A stretch of 64,000 nucleotides of DNA from Somniosus microcephalus (lineage: Eukaryota). This document shows, in pieces, positions 1 through 12,319 of the stretch. The stretch lies in the NCBI GenBank assembly GCA_052327205.1, contig CM126223.1:21328001-21392000 (forward strand), read 5' to 3'. A program made the position numbers and the translations under genes. The notes under the pieces are model-generated. The model made no database searches. It was given only the letters and a program-made list of their open reading frames with translations, and was not told where the DNA came from. The number at the start of each line of letters is the position of its first letter. Position 1 is the stretch's first letter.

Positions 1-430
1 CTGGAGATCGAACAGGTTTTTAAGCAAGTGCAGGGACAGGGAAAGGTGGGGGGGGGGGGGGGGAGTGGAGGAAAGAACAAAAGGGAAGGTCTGTGATAGG
101 CTGGAAGGCAGGAGAGATTAAGAGACATTAAGAGATGGTGCAAGGCAAAAGGAGATGGTAATGGGACAAGTTAAGAAACAAAAGATGGCTCTAGATGAAG
201 TGTAAATGGCAGAGTGAAAGACAGCTGCCATGTGGGAGAGAGAAAAAAATATATAATAATTAAAATAAATGTAAAAAAATAATAGGGGCAGAGGTTCTGG
301 TCTGAAATTGTTGAACTCTATGTTGAGTTCAGAAGGCTGTAAAGTGCCTAATCGAAAGATGAGGTGCTGTTCCTCGAGCTTCATTGGAACAGTGTAACAG
401 GCCGAGGACGGTGAGGTCTGAGTGGGAGTT
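1..430 (-). mobile_element. Penelope-like element remnant (GIY-YIG C-terminus plus 3' region)
   Basis: ORF 118..486(-) contains KLEEQHLIFRLGTLQPSELNIEFNNFR, resembling the C-terminus of Penelope GIY-YIG endonucleases; runs off the window edge. Confidence 0.65.
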
Positions 431-3200
431 TTTAAATTCTCCTCTGTACTTCTTATATTCAGCCTGATTCTCCCTTGTATTATCAAGCTGATCTGTTGTA
501 CGCCCCCTTTTTCTGCTTCATCCTACTCTCTAACTCCTTTGTCATCCAGTGAGCTCTGGCTTTGGTTGCCCTCCCTATCCCCCTTATGGGAACGTATCTA
601 GACTGAACACAAACCATCTCCTCTTTAAAGGCCAGCCATTGCTTTATTACATTTCTGTCTGCCAGTCTTTGACTCCAATTTACCCAGGCCAGATCCCTCC
701 TCAATTCCCATAAAATTAGCCCTCCTCCAGTTAAGTATTTTTTATTCTAGAGTGCTCCTTGTCCTTCTCCATAACTAATGTAAACCGTATGATACTATGA
801 TCACTATTCCCGCGATGCTCCCCCACTGTGACATTCGCCACTTGATCCACTTCATTCTCCAGGACAAGATCCAGCAATGCATCCTTCCTCATTGGGCAGG
901 ATCAAGAAAATTCTCCTGAATACACTTCAGAAATTCCTTCCCTTCTCTGCCCTCAACACAAACACAATCACTGCCCCATTCAATATTAGGGTAAAGTCTC
1001 CCATTATCACTACTTTACAGCTCTTGCACCTCTCAGTGATTTCCTTGCAAATCTGCTCCTCTATCTCCTTCCCACTATTTAGTGCCCTATAAAATACACC
1101 AATAGCTCCTTTATTGTTTCTTAACTCCAACCAAATGGATTCTGTCTTTGACCCCTCAAGGACATTCTCTTTCTAGCACTATAATATTTTTCTTAATCAA
1201 AACTGCTACCCCTCCTCCTTTTTTCCTTCCCTATCTTTCCTGAATACCTTGTACCCAAGAATATTAAGCATCTAATCCTTCCTTTTTTGAGCCAGGTCTC
1301 AGTTATCGCCACTGCATCATATTCCCATGTGGCTATTTGCGCCTGCAGCTCACCAACCTTATTAACCACACTTCATGCATTTACACACATGCACTTAAGT
1401 TAGACCTCTTTGTATTTTCTATGATTCCACCTAATTCTGTATTATTTCCAACTCTAGCTGTCTATCCCAGTCCTCTGTGCACCTGGTTTCTACTTTTTAA
1501 TACTACAACTTGGTGCCCAACCCCCTGCCGAATTAGCTTAAACCCTCCTCCACAGCACTAGTTAACCTGCCCGCGAGGATATTGGTTCCAGCTCTGTTCA
1601 GCTTCAACCTGTCCATCTTGAACAGGTCCCTTCTGCCACAGAACTGGTCTCAGTGCCCCAGGAATCTGAAGCCTCCCCTCCTGCACAATAATCAGGGAAA
1701 TAAATTAACAGGCACTTGGAGAGGTTTAAGTTAATTAAGGAGAGCCAGTACTGATTTGTAAAATGCAGATCGTGTTTGACTAATCTAATTGAATTTTTCG
1801 ATAAAGTAACAGAGAAGGTTGATGAAGGGAATGCAGTGGATGTTGTCTATGGATTTTAAGAAAGTGTTTGACAAAGTACCACATTAAAGGCTGGTTAACA
1901 AAATTGAGGCTCATGGAATAGGAGGGTCAGTGTCAGCTTGGTTAAGAAATTGGCTTAAAGACAGAAAACAGCGACTCGTGGAAAATGGTTGTTTTTCAGA
2001 TTGGAGGATGGTAGACAGTGGTGTTCCCCAAGGATCAGTGCTAGGACCACTGCTTTTTTTGATATATATAAATTACTTGGATATTGGAATACGGAGTAAA
2101 ATTTCAAAATTTGCCGATGATACCAAACTTGGAGATGTGGCAAATAGTGAGGAGGATTACAATCGACTGCAACAGGACATAGAAAGGCTAGCAGAATGGG
2201 CAGACAAGTGGCAGATGGAATTTAATACAGAGAAGTGTGAGGTGATGCATTTTGGCAGAAGGGATAGGGAAAGGCAATATAGACTTAATGGCACAGTTCT
2301 AAAGAGTGTGCAGGGAAAGAGGGACCTGGGGGTTCATGTGCATAGATCTTTGAAGGTGGCAGGACATATTGAGAGAGTGGTTAGCAAAGCATATGGGATC
2401 TTGGGCTTCATAAATAGAGGTATTGAGTACAAAAGCAAGGAAGTTATGCTGAACCTTTATAAAGCTCTGGTTAGGCCACAACTGGAGTATTGCGTCCAGT
2501 TCTGGTCACCACACTTTAGGAAGGATGTGAAGGCCCTTGAGAGGGTGCAGAGGAGATTTACCAGAATAGTTCCAGGGATGAGGGATTTTAGCTCCAAGGT
2601 TAGGTTGGAGAAGCTGGGGTTGTTCTCCTTGGAGCAAAAGAGGTTGAGGGGAGATTTGATAGAGGTGTACAAGATTATGACAGGTTTGGATAGGATAGAC
2701 AAAGAAAGGCCGTTCCCATTAGCTGTTGGTACAAGGACTAGGGGACACAGATTTAAGGTTTTGGGCAAGAGATACAGGGGGGATGTGAGGAAGAACTTTT
2801 TTATGCAGCGCGTGGTGAGGACCTGGAACTCACTGCCGACGAGGGTGGTGGAAGCGGAGACGGTCAATGATTTCAAGGGGAGATTGGATAGGCACTTGAG
2901 GGAAATAAACTTGCAGGGCTACGGGGATAGAGCGGGGGAATGGGACTGACTGGATTGCTCTACAGAGAGCCGGCACGGACTCGATGGGCCAAATGGCCTC
3001 CTTCTGTGCCATAATGATTCTATGACTCTAGCCACGCATTAACCTGCCATATCCTCCCTATTTCTACTCTCAGTAGCACGTGGCACTGGGAATAATCCAG
3101 AGATTACTACCTTTGAGGTCCCGCTTTTTAATTTCCTCCATAGCTCCTTAAACTCTGACTCAGGGACCTCAACCCTCTTCCTCCCTATGTTGCTGGTTCT
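430..3200 (-). mobile_element. Decayed CR1 LINE (ORF1 esterase end plus endonuclease), split by a younger CR1 at 1687-3030
   Basis: Fragments GVFYRALNSGKEIEEQICKEI..IMGDF (927..1130) and KLKSGTSKVVISGLFPVPRA (3039..3293). Sequence either side of 1687-3030 is contiguous when compared with the intact CR1 near 12140-12180. Confidence 0.8.
1687..3030 (+). mobile_element. 5'-truncated CR1 LINE (RT plus 3' UTR)
   Basis: ORF 1930..2949 with [10 protein letters not shown] and FADD; 3' end GGGCCAAATGGCCT stem-loop and ATTCTATGACTCTA tail. Confidence 0.92.
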
Positions 3201-3269
3201 CAAGTTCCCGTTGCCACTCTGTTTAGCAAGCACTCCGGTGTAGACTCTCTCAGCTCTGTGCACACAGCT

Positions 3270-4013
3270 CCTGAATGAGTGATACTGATTCACTAGTGCT
3301 ACACACTCCCCGAATGTTATACACTAATCCCAGAGTGCGCTACACACTCCCTGAATGTGTTGATCTAATCTCCAAATGTGCGGCACACTCCCTGAACGTG
3401 TGATACTAATTCCCAAGTGTGATGCACTACTCCGTGAAATGTGTTACACTAATCCCATGTGTTGTACGGTCACTGAATGCATCATACTAAACCCCATGTG
3501 TTGCACACGCCCTGAATGAGTTAACCAATCCCCGAGTGTGCAACACACTCCTTAAATGTGTTACACTAATCGTCGAGTGTGCTGCACACTCCCTGAGTGC
3601 GATATACTAATCCCAATTTTGATACACATCTCCCTGAATGTGTTATATAGTCCTCGAGTGTGCTGTATACTCCCTGAATGTGTTATATAGTCCCCGAGTG
3701 TGCTGCATACTCCCTGAATGTGTTATATAGTCCCCGAGTGTGCTGCACACACCCTGAATGTGTTATATAGTCCCTGAGTGTGCTGTACACTCCCTGAATG
3801 TGTTATATAGTCCCCATGTGCTGTACACTCCCTGAATGTGTTATATAGTCCCTGATTGTGCTGCACACTCCCTGAATGTGTTATACTATTCCAAGTGTGC
3901 CACACACCCTAAATGTTTTATACTAATTCCAAAAGCGCTGTACTAATCCTAGAATGTGTTATAATAATTGCTGAGTGTGTTGCATGCTCCTTGACTGTGC
4001 TGCACACTCCCAG
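3270..4013. repeat. ~40-bp minisatellite built from two related ~20-bp halves
   Basis: Near-identical units TCCCTGAATGTGTTATATAGTCCCCGAGTGTGCTGCACAC at 3631-3890, more degenerate toward both edges. Confidence 0.9.
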
Positions 4014-5480
4014 AAAGAATGGCCACCAATGGTGGAACGATTAAAATCGGGGATGCGCAAGAGGCCAGAATTCGAGAAGCATAGAGATCTCAAAGGGTTG
4101 TAGGGCTGGAGGAGGTTAAAGAGATAGTGAGGGGCGAGGCCATGAAAGGATTTGAAAACAAGGATGAGAATTTTAAAAGCGAGGCGTTGCTTATCCGGGA
4201 GCCAATGTAGGTCAACGAGCACAGGGGAGATGGGCGAACGGGACTTGGTGCGAGTTAGGACACAGGCAGCAGAGTTCTGGATGACCTCAAGTTTATGGAG
4301 GGTAGAACGTGGGAGGACAGCCAGGAGTGTGTTGGAATAGTCAAGACTAGATGTAACAAAGGCATGGATGAGGGTTTCAGCAGCAGATGAGCTGAGGCAG
4401 GGGAGGAGTTGGCCGATGTTACAGAGGTGGAAATAGATGGTCTTAGTGATGGCGCGGATGTGATTGGAAGCTCATCTCAGGGTCAAATATAACACCAAGG
4501 TTGCGAACAGTCAAGTTCAGCCTCAGACAGTTGCCAGGGAGAGGGATGGGGTCGGTAGCTAGGGTACGGAGTTTGTGGCGGGGACCGAAGACAATGGCTT
4601 CGACCTTCCCAATATTTACTTGGAGGAAATTTCTACTCATCCAGTACTGGATGTCGGAGAAGCAGGCTGACAATTTAGAGAGAGCGGAGGAGTCGAGAGA
4701 GGTGGTGGTGAGTTAGAACTGGGTTTTGTCAGTGCACATGTGGAAACTGACGCTGTGTTTTCGGATGATGTCGCCGAGGGGCAACATGCAGATGAGAAAT
4801 AGTAGGGGGCAAGGACAGATCCTTGGGTGGACACCAGAGGTAACGGTGCGGGAGCGAGAAGAGAAGCCATTGCAGGTGATTCTCTGGCTATGGCTGGATA
4901 GATGAGAATGGAACCAGGCGAGTGCAGTCCCACTCAGCTGGACGATGGTGGAGAGGCGTTGGAAGGAGGGGTCAACCATGTAAAAGGCTACAGATAGGTT
5001 GAGAAGGACGAGGAGGGATAGTTTACCTTTATCACAGTCACATTGGATGTCATTTGTGACTTTGATAAGAGCCGTTCGGTACTGTGGCAGGGGCGGAAAC
5101 CTGATTGGAGGGATTCAAACATGGAGTTCCAGGAAAGATGGGCATGGATTTGGGAGGCGACAACATGCTCAAGGACATTGGAGAGGAAAGGAAGGTTGGA
5201 GATGGGGCGCTAGTTTGCAAGGACAGAGGGGTCAAGGGTTTTTTTTTTTTTTTTTTAATAAAAGGAGAATGGTGATGACAGCAGATTTGAAGGGGAGAGG
5301 GACAGTACCTGGGGAGAGAGGACCATTAACAACATCAGTTAACATAGGAGCCAGGAAGGGAAGTTGGGTGGCCAGCAGTTTAGTGGTAATAGCGTCAAGA
5401 GAGCAGGAGGTGGGTCTCATGGGCAAGATGAGATGGGAGAGGGCATGAGGGGAGATAGGAGAGAAACTAGAGAAGGACAC
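4014..5480 (-). mobile_element. Decayed L2 (LINE2) RT fragment
   Basis: Frameshifted pieces LHWLPDKQRLAFKILILVFK, WMSRNFLQVNIGKVEAIVFG..RNLGVIFD, GTALAWFHSHLS, PTSCSLDAITTKLL. Confidence 0.88.
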
Positions 5481-6065
5481 CAATCCTGTCCTCATTCAAC
5501 ATCCACAAATGCACACTTCCAGTAAGGTTTGTTACATAGAGATCAGATGGGGTGGGGGCGGGGGGAAAGAGGAGAAACACTGGCTCATTTGCCCTTCACT
5601 AACCCAGGGCATTTGACGCAATTATTGTACCTTGCTTTTTGTGGTATATGTCAATGATTTAGACTTGAATGTAGGGGGTATGATTAAGAAGTTTGCAGAT
5701 GATACTAAAATGAGCTGTGTGGTTGATAATGAAGAAGAAAGCTGTAGACTGCAGGAAGATATCAATGGACTAGTCAGGTGAGCAGAACAGTGGCAAATGG
5801 AATTCAATCTGGAGAAGTGTGAGGTAATGCATTTGGGGAGGGCTAACAAGGCAAGGGAATACACAATAAATGGTAGGACACTGAGAAGTGTAGAGGAACA
5901 AAGGAACCTTGGAGTGCAGGTCCACAGATCCCTGAAGGTAGCAGGCCAAGTAGATAAGATGGTTAAGAAGGCATACGGAATACTACCTTTATTAGCCAAG
6001 GCATAGAATACAAGAGCAGGGAGGTTATGCTTGAACTGTATAAAACACTAGTTAGGTCATAGCTA

Positions 6066-6185
6066 TGGTGTGGAGATGCTGGAGTTGGACTGGGGTGGAC
6101 AAATGTAAGAAGTCACACAACACCAGGTTATAGTCCAACAGCTTTATTTGAAATCACAAGCTTTCGGAGCGCTGCTCCTTCGTCA
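6066..6185 (-). mobile_element. Short Penelope-type terminal fragment with truncated minimal hammerhead core
   Basis: Flanked by GTCATAGCTA (6056-6065 / 6182-6191); minus strand begins TGACGA-A-GGAGC-AGC-GCTCC-GAAA. Confidence 0.65.
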
Positions 6186-6311
6186 TAGCTAGATTACTGT
6201 GTGCAGTTCTGGTCACCACATTACAGGAAAGATGTGATTGCACTACAGAGGGTACAGAGGAGATTTACGAAGATGTTGCCTGGACTGTAGAATTTTACCT
6301 TCGAGGAAAGA

Positions 6312-7696
6312 TCGGTAGTGGGGAAAATGCTAGAGTCCATTATAAAAGATGTAATAGCAGAGCACTTGGAAAAAAGTGACCAGATCGGACAAAGTCAACA
6401 TGGATTTACAAAAGGTAAATCGTGCTTGACTAATCTACTGGAACTTTTTGAGGGTGTAACTGGTAAAATAGATAAGGGAGAACCAGTGGATGTGGTGTAT
6501 TTGGATTTTCAAAAGGCTTTCGATAAGGTCCCGCATAAGAGATTAGCGTGTAAAAAATTAAGGCACATGGGATTGGGGGCAAGGTATTGACTTGGATAGA
6601 GAACTGGTTGGCAGGCAGAAAGCAAAGAGTTGGAATAAACGGCTCTTTTTCCGAGTGGCAGGCAGTGACTAGTGGGGGTACCGCAGGGATTGGTCCTTGG
6701 ACCCCAGCTATTCACAATATATATTAATGATCTGGACGAGGGAACTAGATGTAATATCTCCAAGTTTGCAGATGACACAAAGCTGGGTGGGCGTGTGTGC
6801 TGTGAGGAGGATACCGAGAAACTCCAGTATGATTTGGACAGGTTGGGTGATTGGGCAGAAGCATGGCAGATGCAATATAACGTGGATAAATGTGAGGTTA
6901 TCCACTTCGGTGGCAAAAACAGGAAGGCAGAGTATTGTCTGAATGGCAATAGATTGGGAGAAGGGGAAGTGCAACGAGACCTGGGCATCCTTGTGCACCA
7001 GTCGCTGAAAGTAAGCATGCAGGTGCAGCAAGCGGTTAAGAAGGCAAATGGTATGTTGGCCTTCGTAGCGAGAGGGTTTGAGTACAGGAACAAGGATGTC
7101 ATGCTGCAGTTGTACAGGGCCTTGGTGAGACCACATCTTGAGTATTGTGTGCAGTTTTGGTCGCCTTATCTGAGGAAGGATGTTCTTGCCATGGAAGGAG
7201 TGCAGCGAAGATTCACCAGGCTGATACCTGGGATGGCAGGAATGACGTACGAGGAGAGATTAGGACGATTGGGCTTGTACTCGCTGGAGTTTAGAAGAAT
7301 GAGAGGTGATCTCATCGAAACTTATAAAATTCTAACAGGACTAGACAGACTAGATGCTGGAAGGATGTTCCCGATGGTCGGGGAGTCCAGAACCAGGGGT
7401 CACAGTCTAAGGATAAGGGGTAAGCCATTTAGGACAGAGATGAGGAGGAATTTCTTCACCCAGAGAGTGGTGAACCTGTGGAATTCTCTACCAAAGAAGG
7501 CAGTTGAGGCCAATTCATTAAATATATTCAAGAAGGAGTTGGATATATTTCTTAAGGCTAAAGGGATCAAGGGATATGGAGAGGAGGCAGGAACAGGGTA
7601 CTGAGTTTGGATGATCAGCCATGATCGCATTGAATGGCGGAGCAGGCTCGATGGGCCGAATGGCCTACTCCTGCTCCTATCTTCTATGTTTCTATG
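6312..7696 (+). mobile_element. 5'-truncated CR1 of a different subfamily nested in CR1
   Basis: ORFs 6318..6590 and 6672..7604 (FADD, frameshifted); tail CTCCTATCTTCTATGTTTCTATG. Confidence 0.92.
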
Positions 7697-8968
7697 ATTG
7701 GATAGGCTGGCTTTGTTTTCTTTGGAACAGAGGAGGCTGAGGGGAGGCCTTGTTGAGGTGTATAAAATTATGAGGGGCCAAGATAGTGGATGGGAAGGAC
7801 CTATTTCCCTTAACAGAGGGGTCAACAACCAGGGGGCATAGATTTAAAGTAATTGGGGGAAAGTTTAGAGGGGATTTGAGGGGAAATTTCTTCACCCAGA
7901 GGGTGGTGGGGGTCTGGAACACACTGCCTGAAAGGGTGGTAGAGGCAGAAACCCTCACCATATTTAAAAAGTACTTGGATGAGCACTTGAAGTGCCGTAA
8001 CCTACAGGGCTACGGACAAAGAGCTGGAAAGTGGGATTAGGCTGGATAGCTCTTAGTCAGCCGGCGCGGACACGATGGGCCGAAATGGCCTCTTTCTGTG
8101 CTGTAATTTTCTATGATTCTACCACTGCCCTAGCTAACTCAACATGGATTGGGGATCAAGCCTAGGAGTTCAAAGGCCATTGGCGCGGAGCTTGGTATCT
8201 GTGTATCAGATGTTCTGTAAACAGAAATGGGGTCTGCACTTTAGTCTCCTTGGGCTACGAAGCGAAAAAAATATATCCAGAATTCCCACTCCTGGTTGCT
8301 GCTCAATGAGCACTGATCAACAGTACAAACATGCGAATGTTGGGTGAAGACAGGACTGGATAGCTGAATAGCCTGCTGACTGTCACTGACATGCTCACAC
8401 ATAAAGACTTGAGAGAAAAGTACTGCAAGGCTGCCATTCCCCACGGAACTGCACCCTAGCAAAAAAAAAAAAAAAAAACCGCTGGTTGCCATCTGGAGGG
8501 GAAGCAATCTGGTTGCAGCTGTATTAATGGCTGACTCTGCAGTGTCGCAGTGCTTTACGGGAGAATATTATTGTGGAGCATTTGCAATGTGAGAACTACA
8601 CCCTGTTCACTATTGAGTTGCACGCTAAATGTGCATAAGTGAATTCTGAATTTAATGGGACGTGTTCTTGCAGCCTTATTATCCACACAGAATCTAAGAT
8701 AAGCCTGTTTGGAAACCGTGTCTTGGCAATAAACTGAATTTTTATGTACAAGTGTCTACTTTGTCAGCATAGTTTTTGGGCAGGACAAGTTTGTTCTGGC
8801 TCACAAGAGAATGTGGTTAAGCAGAATATATTAGTGCCACGCAACTATCTCAAGTACTTGGTTTCTCTTTAATTGCTCTTTAATTCCAGCCTCTACGTTA
8901 GCACAAAGTGCAATCAATCTGGTACAGTATTACACTGGACCATGGCAATGGAGGTTTCTGTGATAGAG

Positions 8969-9341
8969 CAGTGTTGTCCAATACATTAACCACTAGCCAC
9001 ATGTGGCTAATATGGGGTTCCAGATGTGGCTAATTGCATTTCTGATTAGCAAATAAATGAGTATAGACACCATTGTTGGGCATATGATCTCAATACTCAT
9101 ATTTGCATGGCATATGCATGTGTACTTCATTTTTTTTGCTTTTGTTGGTAAAATAGTAAAATGAAAAGCAGTGCACGAATGTTTTTTGATCTCTGCGAGT
9201 GTTTTACTTCTTCGGTTGTAGAATGGTGGTAGATATTTGTTAAGTAAATTTACCTGTATGGTGTGAGCGTGTGCAAGGCATTTTCTACTAAAACTAGTGC
9301 ATCTGGCTAAAATGGCCTCTGATTTCTATTGGACAATACTC
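8969..9341. mobile_element. hAT-Charlie (MER3/MER33-like) MITE
   Basis: TIRs CAGTGTTGTCCAATA / TATTGGACAATACTC; 8-bp TSD TGATAGAG / TGATAGAA; internal TAGCCACATGTGGCTA palindrome. Confidence 0.8.
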
Positions 9342-10493
9342 TGATAGAATAGTTTTGATATTTTCAGAGAAATGGGACTTTGTCCAAACGATGCACGGTA
9401 ACACTTTCTTGTTCCCACAGCTTTTTGTCCAAGAAAAATCAAACAAATGAAATTAAAATAATTGTCAATCAGTTTTCTGCTATTTTAGAATGGTTCTAAA
9501 TTAAAACTCTAGCAAAAACCAGCAGGTTTATAAAATAAAGTTAGTGAAGCTAATGGACTTTTCCTGTTTCTAAAAAAAATCTTATGTTCAGTCCAGAGGG
9601 AGGGGCAAAATAGCATGGAAGTCTCTGGCGGCCCTACTCCTAGTGGCCAGATAGAGAGGGGGATTTGGGTCAGTGGTTAGTGTATAGTGCCGAGGAAAGA
9701 GGGAGAAAAGACAATTAAAAATATATATTGGGAATGGGAAGGTGATCCCTATCCAGTATAAATGGGAGGTAGGTTGGGGGGTAAATTAACAGCTCTCAAA
9801 GATTGGTTCAGGAAGCTCAGGCATTTCTTCGGAAAACATGATGTGCTTTTTATTATTCTGCACATAGACTTGGTGGAGGGTTTTTTTCCCCCTCCTCAGT
9901 CTGATTTTACATACGTGCTGTACAAGGCGTCGCTCAAAAGCAGGGAATCATGTGGGTGGATTTTTAAGTAAACAGCACTGGCCGGCAGATCCTCCAGCAG
10001 AAGAGCCACCAGCTATTTCAAGCAGTTCGTTAAAAATAAATATAAATACCTTTTTATAGGATTGACAATACTTAGTCACACAGGCAGGAAATGCCGATTA
10101 GTTAGTTCCTGGCTTCTCGAGAGTGGCAATTGAAAAATATTATGAGCAAATATAAAAGCATCATGTAGTAAACAAGCTGAGGCGGCGGGAGGGGGTGGGT
10201 AGCTAATCTTTCAGTCACAACAGTGTCCTATCGAAGGCCATGCACCAACTTAGAATTCAGTCCCGTAACAAATAAAATGTGTAGATTCCTAAAATACAGA
10301 TCCTACTATACTTAACGTTAACCTAAATAACTGCATCCATGCAGTAGTCACTAACCCGGAGAACTGAATTTAATTATTCGCTATATGTGAAGTGTTACTT
10401 AGTAATTATCGCCGTAATCATTTTGAAAATGCGCCCCCGTCCTCATCGGTAAAAACACAAGCTTGGAAAAGACAAAAGATATATGATCTTGAC

Positions 10494-10760
10494 CTTTTCA
10501 GCTGCTGCATCAATGGCAGATTGATTGTAGAAAGAGGTGACAGTTTTAGATCTTTCCCTGGCTAGTTCAGAATAGCCTGTCATGGAGAAGGTGGACCTCC
10601 ACCTCGTCAAGGTGAACCCGCCCGCAGGACTCTGCGGGGTTGCAGCGGCGCCGAGAACGGGAGATGGATACAATCTGAGTGGATACAGTCTGGATCCTCC
10701 ACCCCTGGCATACAATACTGTCAGCACGACTGTCCGACCTCCTGATCTGTTGGCCATCAT
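10494..10760 (-). CDS. BCKDK: First coding exon of a branched-chain alpha-ketoacid dehydrogenase kinase (BCKDK or paralogue), 89 aa including mitochondrial presequence
   Basis: MMANRSGGR...[37 protein letters not shown]; the last ~25 aa match the BCKDK N-terminal motif as I recall it. Arg-rich, acid-free leader; phase-0 donor AAG|GTCAAG at 10493. Next exon not found in window. Confidence 0.85.
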
Positions 10761-10799
10761 TTCCACCTTGGTTTAGCCTGCTGGCTACACGCAGCCCTC

Positions 10800-11170
10800 T
10801 TTTTTTTTGTTTGCCTTCTTCACCCTTCCGATGTCGTTTTACCCCTTCCTATGATTGGTTTTAGTCCATTAACAGGCACATTAGATCTTTGCTTTCCGGG
10901 CAATTTTGCCGACTTGAGTCAGCCCAACAGTCCTTGCGATCCATATCCATCTTGCAGCTGAGATGCAGGCTTGGAGTAACTGCTTGTATGTTTCAGTCAT
11001 GCTGCCAGCAGACTGCTGCCGCTGTCCAAATGGACAAACAACAACTGCCCAATCTCACTCATTGGCCTGCTCCAGCCTGTAATTTAAATATTAATAACCT
11101 CAGCCACCAATCGTGAGAAAGAGTCTACCCGACCGCCGTTGGATACGACAGACGTCACGATAAATCAATT
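10800..11170 (-). promoter_or_regulatory. Candidate promoter/5' region of the BCKDK-like gene
   Basis: TE-free, CpG-containing stretch upstream of the ATG with several CCAAT/ATTGG boxes (~10853, ~11049, ~11060, ~11107) and a CRE-like GACGTCA (~11151). Confidence 0.35.
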
Positions 11171-11559
11171 TTGTGTTTCACTGAGATTAAACTTGCAGGA
11201 ACAGATTAAAACACACCAATTCAGCTGATTTAATGAACGTTGTAAATGAAAGGGGCATTGTCACCCGCTTCACTGACCCGATCTTGCACCAGGTGTGTAA
11301 ACACAGGCATGTTTAATTACATCATTTAAAAATATTTGTTTATGGGATTCGGACATTGCAGGCAAGGCCAGCATTTATTGCTCATCCCTAGTTGCCCTTG
11401 AGAAGGTGGTGAGCCGCCTTCTTGAACAGCTGCAGTCCATTTGGTGAAGGTTACTCCCACAGTGCTGTTGGGGCGGGAGCTCCAGGATTTTGACCCAGCG
11501 ATGATGAAGGAACGGCGATATACTTCTAAGTCAGGATGGTGCATGAGTTGGAGGGGAAC

Positions 11560-12319
11560 GAGGCTCGTGGATAGCACGTTTAGCGAGTTGTTCACGCCTC
11601 GGGGCAGGGCGGCACAGGGGGTGACCATCAGGCGGAGCAACAAAGGCAGGCAGGTAATGCAGGGAACCCCTGCGGGCATCCCCCTTTCAAACAAGTATAC
11701 CGCTTTGGATACTGTTGAGGGGGATGACTCACCAGGGGAAGGCAGCAGCAGCCAACTTCCTGGCACTGGGGGTGCTCCTGCTGCCCAGGAAGGGGGGAAA
11801 AAGAGTGGGAGAGCAATAGTGGTAGGGGATTCTATAGTAAGGGGAACAGATAGGCGTTTCTGTGGCCGTAGACGTGAATCCAGGATGGTTTGTTGCCTCC
11901 CTGGTGCCAGGGTCAAGGATGTCACTGAGCGGCTGCAGGGCATTCTGGAGGGGGAGGGTGAACAGGCAATGGTCGTGGTCCACATTGGTACCAACGACAT
12001 AGGTAAAAAGAGGGATGAGGTCCTGCATCAAGAATTTAGGGAGCTAGGTAACAGATTAAAGAGCAGGACCTCAAAGGTTGTAATCTCTGGATTACTCCCA
12101 GTGCCACGTGCTAGTAAGTATAGGAATGGGAGGATAGAGCAGATGAATGCGTGGCTAAAGAGTTGGTGTAGGGGGGAGGGTTTTACTTTCCTGGATCACT
12201 GGGCCTGCTTCTGGGAAAGGTGGGACTTGTACAAGTCGGACGGGTTGCACCTGAACCAGAGCGGGACAAATATCCTTGCGGGGAGGTTTGCTAGCACTGT
12301 TGGGGGGGGTTTAAACTAA
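11560..12319 (+). CDS. CR1 ORF1p, C-terminal SGNH/GDSL esterase domain (5'-truncated)
   Basis: VGDSIVRG, HIGTND and DGLHLN blocks; stop TAA 12317-12319. Confidence 0.88.

Larger units (their letters stand above)
5623..8119 (+). mobile_element. 5'-truncated CR1 carrying two nested insertions (6066-6185 and 6312-7696)
   Basis: RT fragments 5797..6006 and 7786..8040; host sequence GAGGAAAGAT/TGGATAGGCTGG rejoins across the inner CR1; TTCTATGATTCT tail. Confidence 0.88.

Noticed and set aside
430-3030. Twin-priming 5' inversion of a single CR1
   Set aside because: The minus-strand CR1 continues at 3031, so this is a nested insertion of two elements.
3270-4013. Possible CRISPR-like array
   Set aside because: No unique spacers, units are contiguous, vertebrate context, no cas genes.
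8120-8520. Old SINE-like segment with A-run
   Set aside because: Looks repetitive but I could not assign a family or boundaries.
1-10493. Further BCKDK-like exons (PSVRLTP...)
   Set aside because: No matching codons found by eye in the non-repeat stretches; probably beyond the window edge.
10582-10776. Plus-strand 64-aa ORF
   Set aside because: Antisense shadow of the BCKDK-like exon with no recognisable motif.
11441-11559. N-terminus of the 292-aa ORF as a real ORF1 start
   Set aside because: It is antisense LINE B sequence fused by chance to the truncated CR1.
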